Part shown: positions 36,950 through 50,430 of the stretch, in pieces
Layout: each line of letters starts with the position of its first letter
Position numbering within the stretch: position 1 is the stretch's first letter
Assembly: GCF_963921235.1 (NCBI RefSeq)
Contig: NC_086099.1
Coordinates: 75,020,001-75,084,000, forward strand
Direction: 5' to 3'
Source of the DNA: Mobula hypostoma
Taxonomy: Eukaryota
Length of the DNA stretch: 64,000 nucleotides
Program-made: the position numbers and the translations under genes
The notes under the pieces: model-generated
What the model was told of the DNA's origin: nothing
Database searches by the model: none
Seen by the model: only the letters and a program-made list of their open reading frames with translations

Positions 36950-39118
36950 AAAGGAAATTACAGTGGTATGGGAGAGGGGTTGGCCAAAGTAAATTGGAAG
37001 GAGCTGCTGGCAGGGATGACAGCAGAGCAGCAATGGTGTGAGTTTCTGGAAAAAATGAGGAAAGTGCAGGACAGATTTATTCCTAATACAAATAAATACT
37101 CAAATGGTGAAATAGTACAACTGTGGCTGACAAGGGAAGTCAAAGCTAATGTAAAAACAAAAGAGAGGGCATACAGCAAAGCAAAAATTAGCAAGAAGAT
37201 AGAGGATTGGGAAACTTTTAAAAACCTACAGAGAGCAACTAATAGAATCATTAGAAGGTAAAAGATGAAATATAGAAGCAAGTTAGCAAACAATATCAAA
37301 GTAGTTAAAGCTGTTTCAAGTACATAAAAAATAAAAGAAGGACAAGAGTGGATATAGGACCACTAGGAAATGATGGTAGAGAAATAATAACGGGAGCCAA
37401 GGAGATGGCAGCTGAAGTAAATGAATATTAGTCACTTTGCATCAGTCTTCACTGTGGAAGACACTAGCAGTAATCCAGTTGTTGAAGGTGTGAGGGAAGA
37501 GAAGTGAGTACAGTTACTATTAAAGGGAGAAGGTGCTCAAAAAGCTGAAAGACCTCAGTGTACATAAGTCACCTGGACCAGATGATCTGCACCCCAGGGT
37601 TCTGAAAAAGGTAGCTTTAGAGATTGTGGAGACATTACTAATGATCTTTCAAAAATCATTGGAATCTCGTATGGTGTCAGAGGACTGGAAAAATGCAAAT
37701 GTCAATCCACTCTTCAAGAAAAGAGAGGGGCTGGAGAAAAGAATTTATAGACCAGTTAGCCTGACCTCAGTTGTTGGGAAGATATTGGAGTCAATTGTTA
37801 AGGATGAGGTTATGGAACACTTGGTGACACAGGACAGGATAGGACAAAGACAGCATGGTTTCCTGACAAACCTGTTGGAATTGTTTGAGGAAATTACAAG
37901 TAAGATAGATAAAGGGGATGTAATGGATGTTGTATATTTGGAGTTTCAGGCCTTTGACACGTGAGGCGGCTTACCAAGTTGAGAACCCATGGTATTACAG
38001 GAATGTTACTAACATGATGGATCATTGGCTGATTGGTAGGAGGCAGTGAGTAGGAATACAAGGATCCTTGTCCAGTGGGCTGCCAGTGACTAGTTGTGTT
38101 CTGCAGGGATCAGTGTTGGGATTGTTTCTTTTTATGTTGTTTATCAAATATTTGGATGATGGAATAGATGGCTTTGTTGTCAAGTTTGCAGATGACAAGA
38201 AAATTGGTGGTGGGGCAAAGTGTTGAAGAAACAGGTAGGCTGCAAAAGGACTTAGACAGATTAGGAGAATGGGCAAGGAAGTGGCAAATGAAATATAATC
38301 CCAAATGGAAAATGCATGGTCATGCACTTTGGTAGTAGAAATAACGGTGTTGAATATTTTCTAAATGGGGAGAAGATCCAAATATCTAAGCTACAAAGAG
38401 ATTTGGGAGTCCCTGTGCAGAACACCCTAAAGGATAATTTGCAGGTTGAGCTGGTGGTGACGAAGGAAAATGCAATGTTAGCGTTCATTTCAAGAGGTCT
38501 AGAATACAAGAGCAGGGATATGATGCTGAAGCTTTCAAAGGCACTGGTGAGGCCTCACCTTGAGTATTGTGAACAGTTTTGGGCTCTTCATCTAAGAGAA
38601 GGTGTGCTGGCATTGGAGAGGGTCCAGAGGCTGTTAACAAGGATTATTCCAAGAATGAAACGGTTATCATACGAGGAACATTTGATGCCTCTGGGACTGT
38701 ACTCACAGGAATTTAGAAGCCTGAGGGTGGACCTCATTGAATCACTTTGAATGTTGAAAGGCCTAGACAGAGTAGATGTGGAAAGGATGTTTCCCATGGT
38801 GGGGGAGTCTAGGACAAGAGGGCACAGCCTCATGGTAGAGGGGCGTCAATTTAAATCAGAGAAATTCCTTTAGTCAGAGGGTGTTGAATTTGTGGAATTT
38901 TTTTTACCACCGGCAGCTCTGGAGGCCAGGTCGTTGGGTGTATTTAAGGCAGAGATTTGTATGTTCTTGATTGGACAAGGCATTAAAGATTATGGGGAGA
39001 AGACCGCGGAATGGAGTTGAAGAGGGGAAAAAAGGATCAGCCATGATTGAATTGCGGAGCAGACTTGATAGGCCAAATACCCTAATTATGCTCATATGTC
39101 TTATGGTCTCATGGTCTA
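36950..39118 (+). mobile_element. Degenerate CR1 ORF2 to 3' end
   Basis: KSPGPDDLHPRVLK, FADD, LVRPHLEYC and a (CTTATGGT)n-like tail. Confidence 0.92.
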
Positions 39119-39989
39119 AAACAGGGGAAGCAGTGCTGCAATAAGTGATTGGATGGCTTTCTTGTTCTCAAACAATGCTGAGTAATTATAGACATGAGAC
39201 GGTTTGAGCAGATGATGGAGAGAAGCACTGCATGGTATTAACACATTCCATGTGTGTAAGTGACAACTAAGGGATATCTTGAGGAAGAAGCCATTACATC
39301 TTTGGAGAATACTGGACTAATTGGATGGAGGTAGGAAAGGGAGAGCATTCCAGTTATGCTTTACTTATGACTGGATCCCTGAGAAATGAAACTCAAAGTG
39401 GGCAGGCTTTAACAATAGAGAGAATGAAGGCATTGAGAATTTGTACTGTTGGAATCACATTATGTATTTGATGTCTTTGATTGTAAATGAACAGAAAATG
39501 CCTGACCTGCTGAGCTGTCCAGCATTTTCTGCATTTTTCTCTGAATTTCCAGCATCTTGAATTTTGCACACAATATGATGCCATGAGAAAAGTGTTGATC
39601 TTAAGTTATCCACAAATATTTGAAGGAGTTATTGGAGTGTATTTTCAGCTTCATCTCATAATTAGTTAACTGTCAGTACTTGTGTTTTGCAGAGCACATC
39701 AAATTTTCAATATAATGTCAGTTAGTCAATTTGTTGTGATCAGATAGTGAGGGTTAGGAATCATTTTGAAGTTTTGACATTATGGATAGCATAATTATGG
39801 ATTAACTAAATGAGAACCAGTTTTCAGCAGATAAAAACTATACACAATCTCACTTCTATCTGATACTTTGTGGCTGGTGAAACCATTCATTGTTAGTGCG
39901 GTAATCTGATTCTGTCTCATTGAAACTACATGAGGAGTAGACAATAGATGAACGTCCTGCTGGTAGCATATTGTTAAAGGAAAGGAAAT

Positions 39990-41020
39990 TGTGTTTTTCA
40001 GGGGACAGGGCGGGATGAGGTATAGTCAAGAGAGCTGTGAGAATCGATAGGTTCATAAAATATATTGGTACAGAGATGGAGACAGAGAGATCGAAAAGAG
40101 GAGAGAGATGTCAGAAATGGACCATGTGAATTTAAGGGCAGGGTGGAAGTTAGAGGCAAAGCTGATGAAATTGATGAACTCAGCATAGTGCGTGAAACAA
40201 CATCAATGCGGTCATCAATGTAGCACAGAAAGAAAAGCTTTACCAAGGAAAGCTTAAACCATGGACTGTTCCATATAGCCAGTGAAAAGGCAGGCATTGC
40301 TGGGTCCATGCGGTTGCCCATGGCTACGCCTTGAGTTTGGAGAAAGTGCGAGAGCTGAAGGAAAAATTGTAGAGGGCGAGGACCAGTTCCACCAGATGGA
40401 GGAGGGCAATGGTGGAGCAGAGCTAGTTGGGTCTTTAGTCAAGAAAGTAGCGGAGACCTTTAAGGCCTTCTTGGTGGGAGATAGAAGTGTATAGAGACTG
40501 GACATCCATAGTGAAAATAAGGCAGACTTGGTCTAGAGAGGGGTCGTTTTCAAGGGGTAAGTAAGAGGAGGTGTCAGAGAAATGCCACCTTACCTCAGCA
40601 AGGTAGAGATCAGTATTCCACACTACAACAGCACCCCCTTTGTTTGCAAGTTTGATGAGAAATTGGGATTGGTGCTTTTTGTAGAGTTTGCTCCCTCCAT
40701 GATTCCCTTGTCCATTCATCCCTCTCCACTAATCTCCCCCTGACATATATCTTGGTTCATATTCCTGCAAGTGACAGAAATACTACAGCTGCCTGTTCAT
40801 CTCCTCCCTCATCTCTATTCAGGGACCCAAACAATCCTTCCAGCTGAGGCAACACTTTGTCTGAGAATCTGTTAGGATCGTCTATTGTATTGAGTGCTCC
40901 TGATATTGGCCTCTTCACACTGGTGCGATCTGATGTAAACTGGAGTACCACATTGCTGAGCACTTCTGCTCCATCTGCAGTGAGTGGAATTACCCAGTAG
41001 CCAACCATTTTAATTTCTAT
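39990..41020. mobile_element. Old Penelope-like element: RT fragment on the minus strand joined to a GIY-YIG fragment on the plus strand
   Basis: IKLANKGGAVVVW, FTMDVQSLYTSI, CYIDD (minus); SFQLRQHFV.ESVRIVYCIECS (plus, 40830-40960). Confidence 0.8.
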
Positions 41021-41256
41021 CCCAGTTATCTTAACTGTGTCCCCCTGATTATGACAGTTTCAGCATACTAAGGGCTAGGGGATGAGTTGGCAGCCTTGCC
41101 ACTATTCAAAAAGGGTTTTAGGTGCAATCTATAGTCCGTCAATAATTTTTCAAGTTTTGTGGTGCAGTACATACTGTTAAGAAATTGAAATATGGACCCT
41201 CTTTTCTGCATTATCATTTATCTCCCTTCTAAATCCAATACCCATTGTCTTTTGTA

Positions 41257-41992
41257 TGTACGGGGTCTCTTTTTTGTATGTTAAATTTAAAATGGTTTCT
41301 TTGTTATGTTAATCTTTTAAATTGCTGCATATGTGGATTAAAATGGCTTCTATGTTATGTTAAATGCTGCGAAAGTCTCCAGCTAGACCTTTGCTTGGGT
41401 TAATACAGATAGCAGGGTGCTATTAGCCAATGGGTGTTCATGTATCGTTTTTTTCGGATGATAATGCTGTCTCATATGACTGGGAACGGGGTTTTTGGCA
41501 GGGAGTCGGAGGAGAGACGGGGAGGACGGCGGACGTGTGAAAACTCTCCAGTTGATCACTCCAGGTGGTCCCGAGCCGCGAGTCAACGGGGTCCGGGTGG
41601 TCCCAAGCCACGAGCCAACGGGGTCCGGGTGGTCCCGAGCCACGAGCCGACGGTTTCCAGGTGGTCCCGAGCCACAAGCCGACGGGGTCCGGGTGGTCGC
41701 CAGGAATTTCTGAGCTCCAACTTGTGCACGAAGAACTTGGGCTTTGATAAGTCTGGCGCCTTTTTTTTCCCATTACTTCCTTTTCTGTATTGAACTTATA
41801 TTAGTTGCATAGGCTTAGTAATATCTATGAAGTGTACTTGGTAGAACGTACTGTGTGTGCTGGCTGATGATTGATGTGTGGAATTGATTCAGGTGGCAGT
41901 GGTACAGCAACCGACCCAGCGGGAAGTGTTCGGGCCGGGGTTGGGCTGGATTTCCCCTAGACATATACGAACCAATATAGCGGAGCGTTACA
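41257..41992 (+). repeat. Solo LTR with 4-bp TSD TGTA
   Basis: TGTACGGGG...GCGTTACA termini; TGTA at 41253-41256 and 41993-41996. Confidence 0.85.
41560..41698 (+). repeat. 32-bp GC-rich tandem repeat, ~4.3 copies, inside the solo LTR
   Basis: TCC(A/G)GGTGGTCCCGAGCCACGAGCCAACGGGG units start at 41560, 41592, 41624, 41656 and 41688. Confidence 0.93.
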
Positions 41993-43205
41993 TGTAATTC
42001 TCAGAATTCTTGTCCTCTATAATATTGAACTATGACAGGATTCTCATTTTTGATGACTTCAATCGTCATATTAATGACCGCTCACATGTAAACTCTATGG
42101 CAGCAGAATTCATGAGCTTAGTGGAGAACCTAGAACTTACCCAACATGCCACTGAGCCCACCTTCTGATTTGGAAATACACTCGATTTAGAAGTGACAAA
42201 AGGATTGAATATTATTAATGACTCTCCGTCTGATACCACTACCTCTGATTATTTTTGTGTACTTTTTGATGCACTTTTATCTGAAACCAAGACTATGAAA
42301 GAAATTACAGTTAAAAAGTGGTTTCTTGATGCTGCAAGCACAATATAATTCTCTGACCCATGTGACTTAAACTGCTCAGTAAATGAAGTGCTTAATTCTG
42401 TCAACAATAACTCGACAAAGTATATTAAACACAGTGGCCCCTCTTAGAGTTAAAGCAAATCACTAAATAAAACATCACCAATGTTAAATTATGCTATCCA
42501 CACAATGGAGGAAAACTGGGCTAGAGGTTCACAGTAACATTTTCAAGGAAACACTAGGTTTCTTTAATGCAGCTATACACTCTGCAAGAAGAGCCTTTTT
42601 TTCCCCCAAGACTATTACAGAGAATAGCAACAATTCAAGAATATTGTTGTCAACTATAAAGTATCTGTTGAACTCTGCCCCAACATATAATGTCCTCAGA
42701 CAAGCAGCTGCCACAAAATGTGAGGAAGTCACAATATTTTTATCAATATAATTCCATCACAGAGAGTATAGCTACAGATCATGTTACTCTACAGCCAACC
42801 TCTTAAAGAGACAGTAACCATGTCAAAATTTACAAATATTTCCAATTCAGAACCCCATAAGATTATAACAAAGAGTAAACCTGTCTTGACCCTGTCACTA
42901 CCACACTTTTGAATGACTCTTTTAATAATATGTTTCCCTGCTGTTAGGAAAATTATTAAGACACCCTTTGAAACTGGAGTTTCTCCAGATGATTTCAAAA
43001 TTGCTGCTCTCAAACCACGCTTAATAAGCCAAATGTTGATAGTGAGATACAGTACTAGCTAACTACAGGCCTATATCAAATAGCCCCTTCCTGGGCAAGA
43101 TTCTTGAGAGATATTTTTGGCCAATATGAATGTAAATATGAATTACCAAAATTTTCAGTGATCCTAGGCTTAGCACTGATGCCAACAGAGTCTCAGTTTT
43201 AATTA

Positions 43206-44333
43206 AAGTCATAGAAAAGTAAGCACAGAAACAAGTTCTATGGCCCATCTAGTCATTGCTCAACCATTTAAATTTCCTAGTCCCATCAACCTGCACCTAG
43301 ACCATAGCTCTCCATTCCTCTGCCATCCATGTACCTTCTAAGCTTCTCTTAAACATTGAACTCAAGCTTGCATGTACCATTTGTGCTGGTAGCTCATTAT
43401 GCACACTCCCATGAAAATCTGAGTGAAGAAGTGGTCCGTAAACTTTTCATCTTTCACCCTTAACCCATAACTTCCAGTTGTAGTGCCACCCAACTTCAGT
43501 GGAAAAAAGCCTGCTTGCATTTATCCCAACTCAACCCCTCATAATTTTGTATACTTTTCTCAAATCTCCCAACAATCTTCTACAATTCAATGTATAGTCT
43601 TAACCTATTCATCTTTCTTTATAACGGAGGCCCTCCAGTCCCAACAACATTCTTGTAATTTTTTTTCTGTATTCTTTCAACTTTATTGACATCTTTCCAG
43701 TAGGTAAGTGACAAAATCTACACACAATACTCCTAATTAGGCCTCACCAACTTTAACATTACATCCCATCTCCTGTATTCTATACTTTGATTTATGAAGG
43801 CCAATGTACAAAAAGGTTTCTTTACAACCCGATCTAACTGTGGCATCACTTTCAATGAATGATGGACTTGTATTCCTGGATCGCTTTGTTCTACAACACT
43901 CCTTGCACCTTGCACTTATATGCATTCCAATTCTGTTTGCCATTTATCAGCCCATTTTTCCAGCTGGTCCAGATCCATTGCAATCTCTGATAGTCTTCAT
44001 TGCTGTCCATTATACCCCCAATCTGCAAATTTGCTGATCCAGTTAATCACATTATCATGTTGATATGGATGATAAACACCAACAGACCCATCACTATTCC
44101 CTGTGGCACTCCACTAGTCACGGGCTTCCAGTCAGAGATGCCACCATCTGCTATCACTCTCTGGTTTTTTCCACAAAGCCATTACCTAAACCAATTTATG
44201 ATCTCATCTTGAATGGCAAGTGACTGAACATTCTTGACCAACCTCCCATGTGGGTCCATGTTAACTGCCTTGCTCTGTACACAACATCCACTGCCTTGCC
44301 TTCATCAACTTTCCTGGGAACTTCTTTGAAAAT
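43206..44333 (-). mobile_element. CR1 3' fragment inserted into L2
   Basis: LDRVVKKPFCTLAFINQSIEYR on the minus strand; splits the L2 motif SVLI|LLDLSAAFD. Confidence 0.85.
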
Positions 44334-45542
44334 TTCTTCTCGATCTAAGTGCTGCCTTTGATTCAATTAAACACAGCATTCTCTTAGATCGCCTTGAGGA
44401 CTGGTTTGTCTCTCTTGTAGTGTCTTTAACAGGTTTCTTTCATATATCTTAATGAGAAATATTTTTGTCTGTTTTGGAGACCATTTTTCTAAGAGATGCC
44501 ATGTACCATTTGCTTAGGGAAGCTGACTTGGTCCCCATCTCTTATGCATGCTCCCCTTAGGAGACATCATTACAGAACATAAACTTGATTTCCACAGTTA
44601 TGCAGATGATTAACAATTGTACATCTCAGTTGAACCTGATGACAACACCCGATTTTCTCTGCCTTCTGGTATGGCTGCAATAAATAAACGGATGAGCAAT
44701 AATATCCTAAACTATAAGAAGATAAAATTGAAATATTTTTGCTTGGTTCCAAAGCCAAAAGAGGTAAATTTCTTGATAAACTTAGGAACTTGGCTCCCTT
44801 TGTAAAATCAGAAGTAACAATCCTGTCTGCTATCCTTGATTCAGATTCAAAACTTAAATCCCTCATAAAGGAAGTGAACAGAGCCGCATTTCTACTCTTA
44901 AGAAATATTGCAAAGGTACATCTGTTTCTGTCACATAATGATGCTGAAGATTACAGCAATGCACTTTTTACTGGCTTACCAAAGCAATCTATTAACAATC
45001 TTCAACTCACTTAGAATGTCGCTGCTAGACTTTTAACCAAAACCAGGGTGAGGGAAAATATCACTCCTGTACTAGCTACACTGAATTGGCTTCATGTATA
45101 TTTCAGAATTGATTTTAAAATCCTCTTGCTTCTTTTTAAGGTTCTTAATGGTCTGGGACCAGAGTACACCACAGAATCATTTTCATTTTATAATCCTTCT
45201 TGAGCTTTCAGGTCTTCTTCTGCCGGTCTCCAAAATTTAAACAATCCCCCTCAAAAGATAATTGGTAGGTCAGCTTTTTTGAACTATACTACTAAACCAT
45301 GGAATTCAATACCTAAATCTGTAAGGGATGCAGACTCAGTTGGCACTTTAAAATGCCAGTTTAAAACATATTTTTTAACCTTGCTTTTAACTAACGTCTT
45401 CTGGTTTTTTCATGTTTATTTTTATTTTTGTTTTCATGGTTGTTATTTCAACCCATCATAAAACACGATGAACTACATCGACTATCTCTCTATATACAGT
45501 TTATACCTCTGTGTGTGTGTATATATATAGAGAGAGAGACAC

Positions 45543-45780
45543 ATAGAAAATCTACAGCACATTACAGACCATAAGACCATAAGAAATAACAGTAGAATTA
45601 GGCCATTTGGTCCATCAAATCTGCTCTGTCACTTCATCATGCCTGATCCAATCCTCTCAGCCCCAGTCTCCTGCCTTCTTCCCATATCCCTTTATGCCCT
45701 GACCAATCAAGAATCTATCAACCTCTACCTTAAATATACACAAAGACTTGGCCTCCACAGCAGCCTGTGGCAAATAATTC
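45543..45780 (-). mobile_element. CR1 3' tail fragments
   Basis: (GACCATAA)n tail and reverse-complemented CR1 3' UTR. Confidence 0.75.
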
Positions 45781-45970
45781 TAGAAATGAGGACCAGAAAC
45801 ATAATGGTTGTCCACAGAAACTGAGTGCAGCTGATGAGACATACTGTACATCAGACTGACAGTGCTTCTCAATCAGAAGTCAAGTTCTAAACTCACAGAA
45901 ACCACTGGAACACAAGTACTCCCCTCTACAGTCCTAAGAAGTATCGTCAGAAGTAGTCTTCATGGAAGAG

Positions 45971-48254
45971 TCGGGTCAGGTCACAGATCTCTCAGTGGGT
46001 GAGCATCTGGGGGACAGTGACCACCGCTCCCTGGCCTTTAGCATTATCATGGAAAAGGATAGAATCAGACAGGACAGGAAAATTTTTAATTGGGGAAGGG
46101 CAAATTATGAGTCTATAAGGCTAGAACTTGCGGGTGTGAATTGGGACGATGTTTTTGCAGGGAAATGTACTATAGACATGTGCTCGATGTTTAGAGTTCT
46201 CTTGCAGGATGTTAGGGATAAATTTGTCCCGGTGAGGAAGATAAAGAATGGTAGGGTGAAGGAACCATGGGTGACAAGTGAGGTGGAAAATCTAGTCAGG
46301 TGGAAGAAGGCAGCATACATGAGGTTTAGGAAGCAAGGAACAGATAGGTCTATTGAGGAATATAGGGAAGCAAGAAAGGAGCTTAAGAAGGGGCTGAGAA
46401 GAGCAAGAAGGGGGCATGAGGAGGCCTTGGTGAGTAGGGTAAAGGAAAACCCCAAGGCATTCTTCAATTATGTGAAGAACAAAAGGATGACTGGAGTGAA
46501 GGTAGGACCGATTAGAGATAAAGGTGGGAAGATGTGCCTGGAGGCTGTGGGAGTCGGCGAGGTCCTCAATGAATATTTCTCTTCGGTATTCACCAATGAA
46601 AGGGAACTTGATAACGGTGAGGGCAATATTAGTGAGGTTGATGTTCTGGAGCATGTTGATATTAAGCGAGAGGAGGTGTTGGAGTAGTTAAAGTACTTTT
46701 AGGATAGATAAGTCCCGGGGCCTGACGGTATATTCCCCAGGCTGCTCAACGAGACGAGGGAAGAGATTGCTGAGCCTCTGGCTAGGATCTTTATGTCCTC
46801 ATTGTCAACAGGAATGGTACCGGAGGATTGGAGGGAGGCGAATGTTGTCCCCTTGTTCAAAAAAGGTAGTAGGGAGAGTTCGGCCAATTATAGACCAGTG
46901 AGTCTTACGTCTGTGGTGGGAAAGCTGTTGGAAAAGATTCTTAGAGATAGGATCTATGGGCATTTAGAGAATCATGGTCTGATAGGGACAGTCAGCATGG
47001 CTTTCTGAAGGGCAGATCGTGTCTAACAAGCCTGATAGAGTTCTTTGAGGAGGTGACCAGGCATATAGATGAGGGTAGTGCAGTGGATGTGATCTATATG
47101 GATTTTAGTAAAACATTTGACAAGGTTCCACACAGTAGGCTTATTCAGAAGGTCTGAAGGCAGGGGATCCAGGGAAGTTTGGCCAAGTGGATTCAGAATT
47201 GGCTTGCCTTCAGAAGGCAGAGGGTCATGGTGGAGGGAGTACATTCAGATTGGAGGATTTTGACTAGTGGTGTCCCACAAGGATCTGTTCTGGGACCTCT
47301 ACTTTTCATGAATTTTATTAATGACCTGGATGTGGGGGTAGAAGGGTGCGTTGGCAAGTTTGCAGACGACACAAAGGTTGGTGGTGTTGTAGATAGTGTA
47401 GAGGATTGTTGAAGATTGCAGAGAGACATTGATAGGATGCAGAAGTGGGCTGAGAAGTGGCAGACGGAGTTCAACCCGGAGAAGTGTGAGGTGGTACACT
47501 TTGGAAGGACGAAATCCAAGGCAGAGTACAAAGTAAATGACAGGATACTTGGTAGTGTAGAGGAGCAGAGGGATCTGGGGGTACATGTCCACAGATCCCT
47601 GAAAGTTGTCTCACGGGTAGATAGGGTGGTTAAGAAAGCTTATGGGGTGTTAGCTTTCATAAGTCGAGGGATAGAGTTTAAGAGTCACGATGTAATGATG
47701 CAGCTCTATAAAACTCTGGTGAGGCCACACTTGGAGTACTGTGTCCAGTTCTAGTCACCTCACTATAGGAAGGATGTGGAAGCATTGGAAAGAGTACAGA
47801 GGAGATTTACCAGGATGCTGCCTGGTTTAGAGAGTATGCATTATGATCAGAGATGAAGGGAGCTGGGGCTTTTCTCTTTGGAGAGAAGGAGGATGAGAGG
47901 TGACATGATAGAGGTGTACAAGATATTAAGAGTAATAGGTAGAGTGGATAGCCAGCGCCTCTTCCCCAGGGCACCACTGCTCAATACAAGAGGACATGGC
48001 TTTCAGGTAAGGGGTGGGAAGTTCAAGGGGGATATTAGAGGAAGGTTTTTTACTCAGAGAGTGGTTGGTGCGTGGAATGCACTGCCTGAGTCAGTGGTGG
48101 AGGCAGGTACCCTAGTGAAGTTTAGGAGACTACTAGACAGGTATATGGAGAAATTTAAGGTGGGGGGTTATATGGGAGGCAGGGTTTGAGGGTTGGCACA
48201 ACATTGTGGGCCTGTAATGTGCTGTACTATTCTATGTTCTATGTTCTATGTTCT
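45971..48254 (+). mobile_element. CR1 LINE, 5'-truncated, few disablements
   Basis: SDH through RT ([16 protein letters not shown]) to a (TTCTATG)n tail; TSD AAGAG at 45966-45970 and 48255-48259. Confidence 0.95.
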
Positions 48255-48922
48255 AAGAGCTGTTATCAATAAGCTATTCCCTTAAAGTGGAAACAAAGCC
48301 AAGAGACTCACCTACGTACCGTAACACAAGGACTGGGGTGCTGAGTAATAACAACAAGTGCTCTGGACGGACAGGTCAAAATTTGACATTTTTCACACAA
48401 CAGGAGGTGGTTTTTCTGTAGAGGAATTGGAGAATGCGACATGGATAAGTATCTGCAGTTTGCAGTGAAGCATAGCAAAGGTTCCCTGCAGGCTTCTGGC
48501 TACATTTCTGCAAATTGAATTGATGATCTAATGGAATTCTTGATGCTGAGAAGTACAAGCAGATACTCCCTATCAATCAATATAATCAGGGTAGAGTTTG
48601 TTTGGTCCCAGCTTCATTCTTCAACAGGACAATGATCACAAACATATGATTAACATCATAACAAAATATCTTCAGCAAATAGAAAAACAAAGAGATCTGC
48701 AACGGATGGTATGGTCTCCAGAGAGCCCTGATCCCAACATCATCAAAGCTGCTTGGAGAGACAGAGGCAAGTGAGACAGCCAAAATCTGTAGAAGAACTG
48801 TGGTAAGTTCTCCAAGATGCTTGAAATAACATTCCAGCCAGTTGTCTTATAAAACTTCGTAACAGTGTCTTTAGAGAACTGATGAAGTTCTAAAGGCAAA
48901 GGGTAGACACAACAAATATTGA

Positions 48923-49058
48923 CAAGAGAAAATCTGCAGATGCTGGAAATCAAAATAACATGCGCAAAATGCTGGATGAACTCAGCAGGCCAGGCAGCAT
49001 CAATGGAAACAAGTACAGTCGACATTTCGGGCTGAGACCCTTCAGCAGGACCTTACAT
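48923..49058 (-). mobile_element. Short Penelope-terminus insertion in Tc1, 10-bp TSD
   Basis: CAAATATTGA at 48913-48922 and 49059-49068; contains a variant hammerhead motif GTCCTGCTGAAGGGTCTCAGCCCGAAATGTCGAC on the minus strand. Confidence 0.8.
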
Positions 49059-49540
49059 CAAATATTGATTTGATTTAGAGTTTTACTATTTACTGCTCTT
49101 TATAGTAGATTTTTTGATATTGAGAAATTTTTCATGTCATTATTTTTGAAAGCATCTTCACCTTACTGAATATTTTACAGGTTCCGAAAACCTTTGCACA
49201 GTACTGTAATAAGGACTAATATTTTCCAGTTACAGCTTCCAGGTGGCTCAGTTTTAGTCAGTCAGAACAGAGATATCTGATGGTATTAGATTTGCTGACC
49301 GCAAAGTTCAAAACTTAAATGATTGCAAGCCCTATCTGATATAGATACTGCAGCTATGGGTGCCCTTATTAAAGGGAGGTTATACTGTAATTGCCTACTC
49401 TTCAAGGACTAGTTCACTTCTTTGTTTACCCTCCACAGTGAGCTTAGCTGCCAATACAACTATTTGAGCGGTGAGGCCTTCCTTTCTTTTAAGGGGGAGA
49501 TACTTCCAGCTAACATTGTAGTTTAAACACATTTCATTGA

Positions 49541-50430
49541 CAGGTTGATCACCAATGTTCTGGAAACTGATGGTTCAGCATCTCTTTTAATTTAGATGAA
49601 ATTACGAGGTCAATTAATTCTCTTTTCATGAAAGGTGGAGAGCATGCTGGCAATTCTGTGCCAACATTCATTAAAGAATTTAACATGAAGGATGTTCTTG
49701 AGTCCATTGCTCGAGGGTAGGAGATATGTAGAACTTTCAACACTAAAGAATGGCTGGCATAAGTTGTGGCCTACCTTGATGTTTGATAAAGCTCCTGAAG
49801 AGAATCTTGATGATGATTTTACAAGATTCCATGCACCAAAGGAGAAAGTCGTTCTTCATGACTTGCCTGTGTATGCAAAAAGTGTTCGAGGACTTGCATT
49901 CAAAGACATAGCAAGTAGTCTTAATGAAAAAAAATCTATGTGAGTGGATGATTGTTGATAACAAAACACCTGTTCTGCATCACCTTATGGACTCAGAAAT
50001 TATCAACAGTGTTCCGAGTGCTGATAAAAACACTGCAAGTGATGAAGATGGCAGTGATGATGATGAAGCTGATGAAGATTTACTAGTGACAAGTTAATTG
50101 AGTTGTTGGGTGATTTAATCAAAGGGTTGCAGAAATGTACATTCATGATGGAACAAGAGCTAATGAATTTATATTTGAGGCAAGAAAAACTACACAGGGA
50201 GAGATCAAAACACATGAAAAAACTTTGCCTGGGTGAAATGTTTAAGAAGATAACCAAGAGGCAACATTCTTTGTAAGCATAATAATTAATTAATTTACAT
50301 ATAATTTTTGTTTAATTAATAATCCTTTTTTATGCTTCTACACTCCATTTATGTCATTATTATTGTGTGACCTTTTTTAATCTGGCAAGGCTCAGGAACT
50401 GAGGATGCCGGAAAATCAGTGGTCAACCTG
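49541..50430 (+). mobile_element. Tigger/pogo-like DNA transposon remnant
   Basis: TIRs CAGGTTGATCACC and GTGGTCAACCTG; STLKNGWHKLWP transposase C-terminal motif. Confidence 0.72.

Larger units (their letters stand above)
41030..45480 (+). mobile_element. Degenerate L2 LINE interrupted by a solo LTR and a CR1
   Basis: ILIFDDFN, NYRPISNSPFLGKILE, SVLI/LLDLSAAFD, FHSYADD, LRNIAKV, ITPVLATLNWL. Confidence 0.85.
45781..49208 (+). mobile_element. Tc1 transposon remnant (45781-45970 plus 48255-49208), split by CR1
   Basis: GCPQKLSAADE, STV.RS..RSSLHGR|AVI, LWTDRSKF, LQQDNDHKH, WSPESPDPNII; TIR end CTTTGCACAGTACTGTA. Confidence 0.82.

Noticed and set aside
41560-41698. Regular 32-bp repeats resembling a CRISPR array
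   Set aside because: Units are contiguous with no unique spacers, there are no cas genes, and the context is a eukaryotic LTR
50040-50080. His-rich ORF segment (50003-50257, minus strand)
   Set aside because: Antisense reading of a (GAT)n acidic tract in the Tigger remnant
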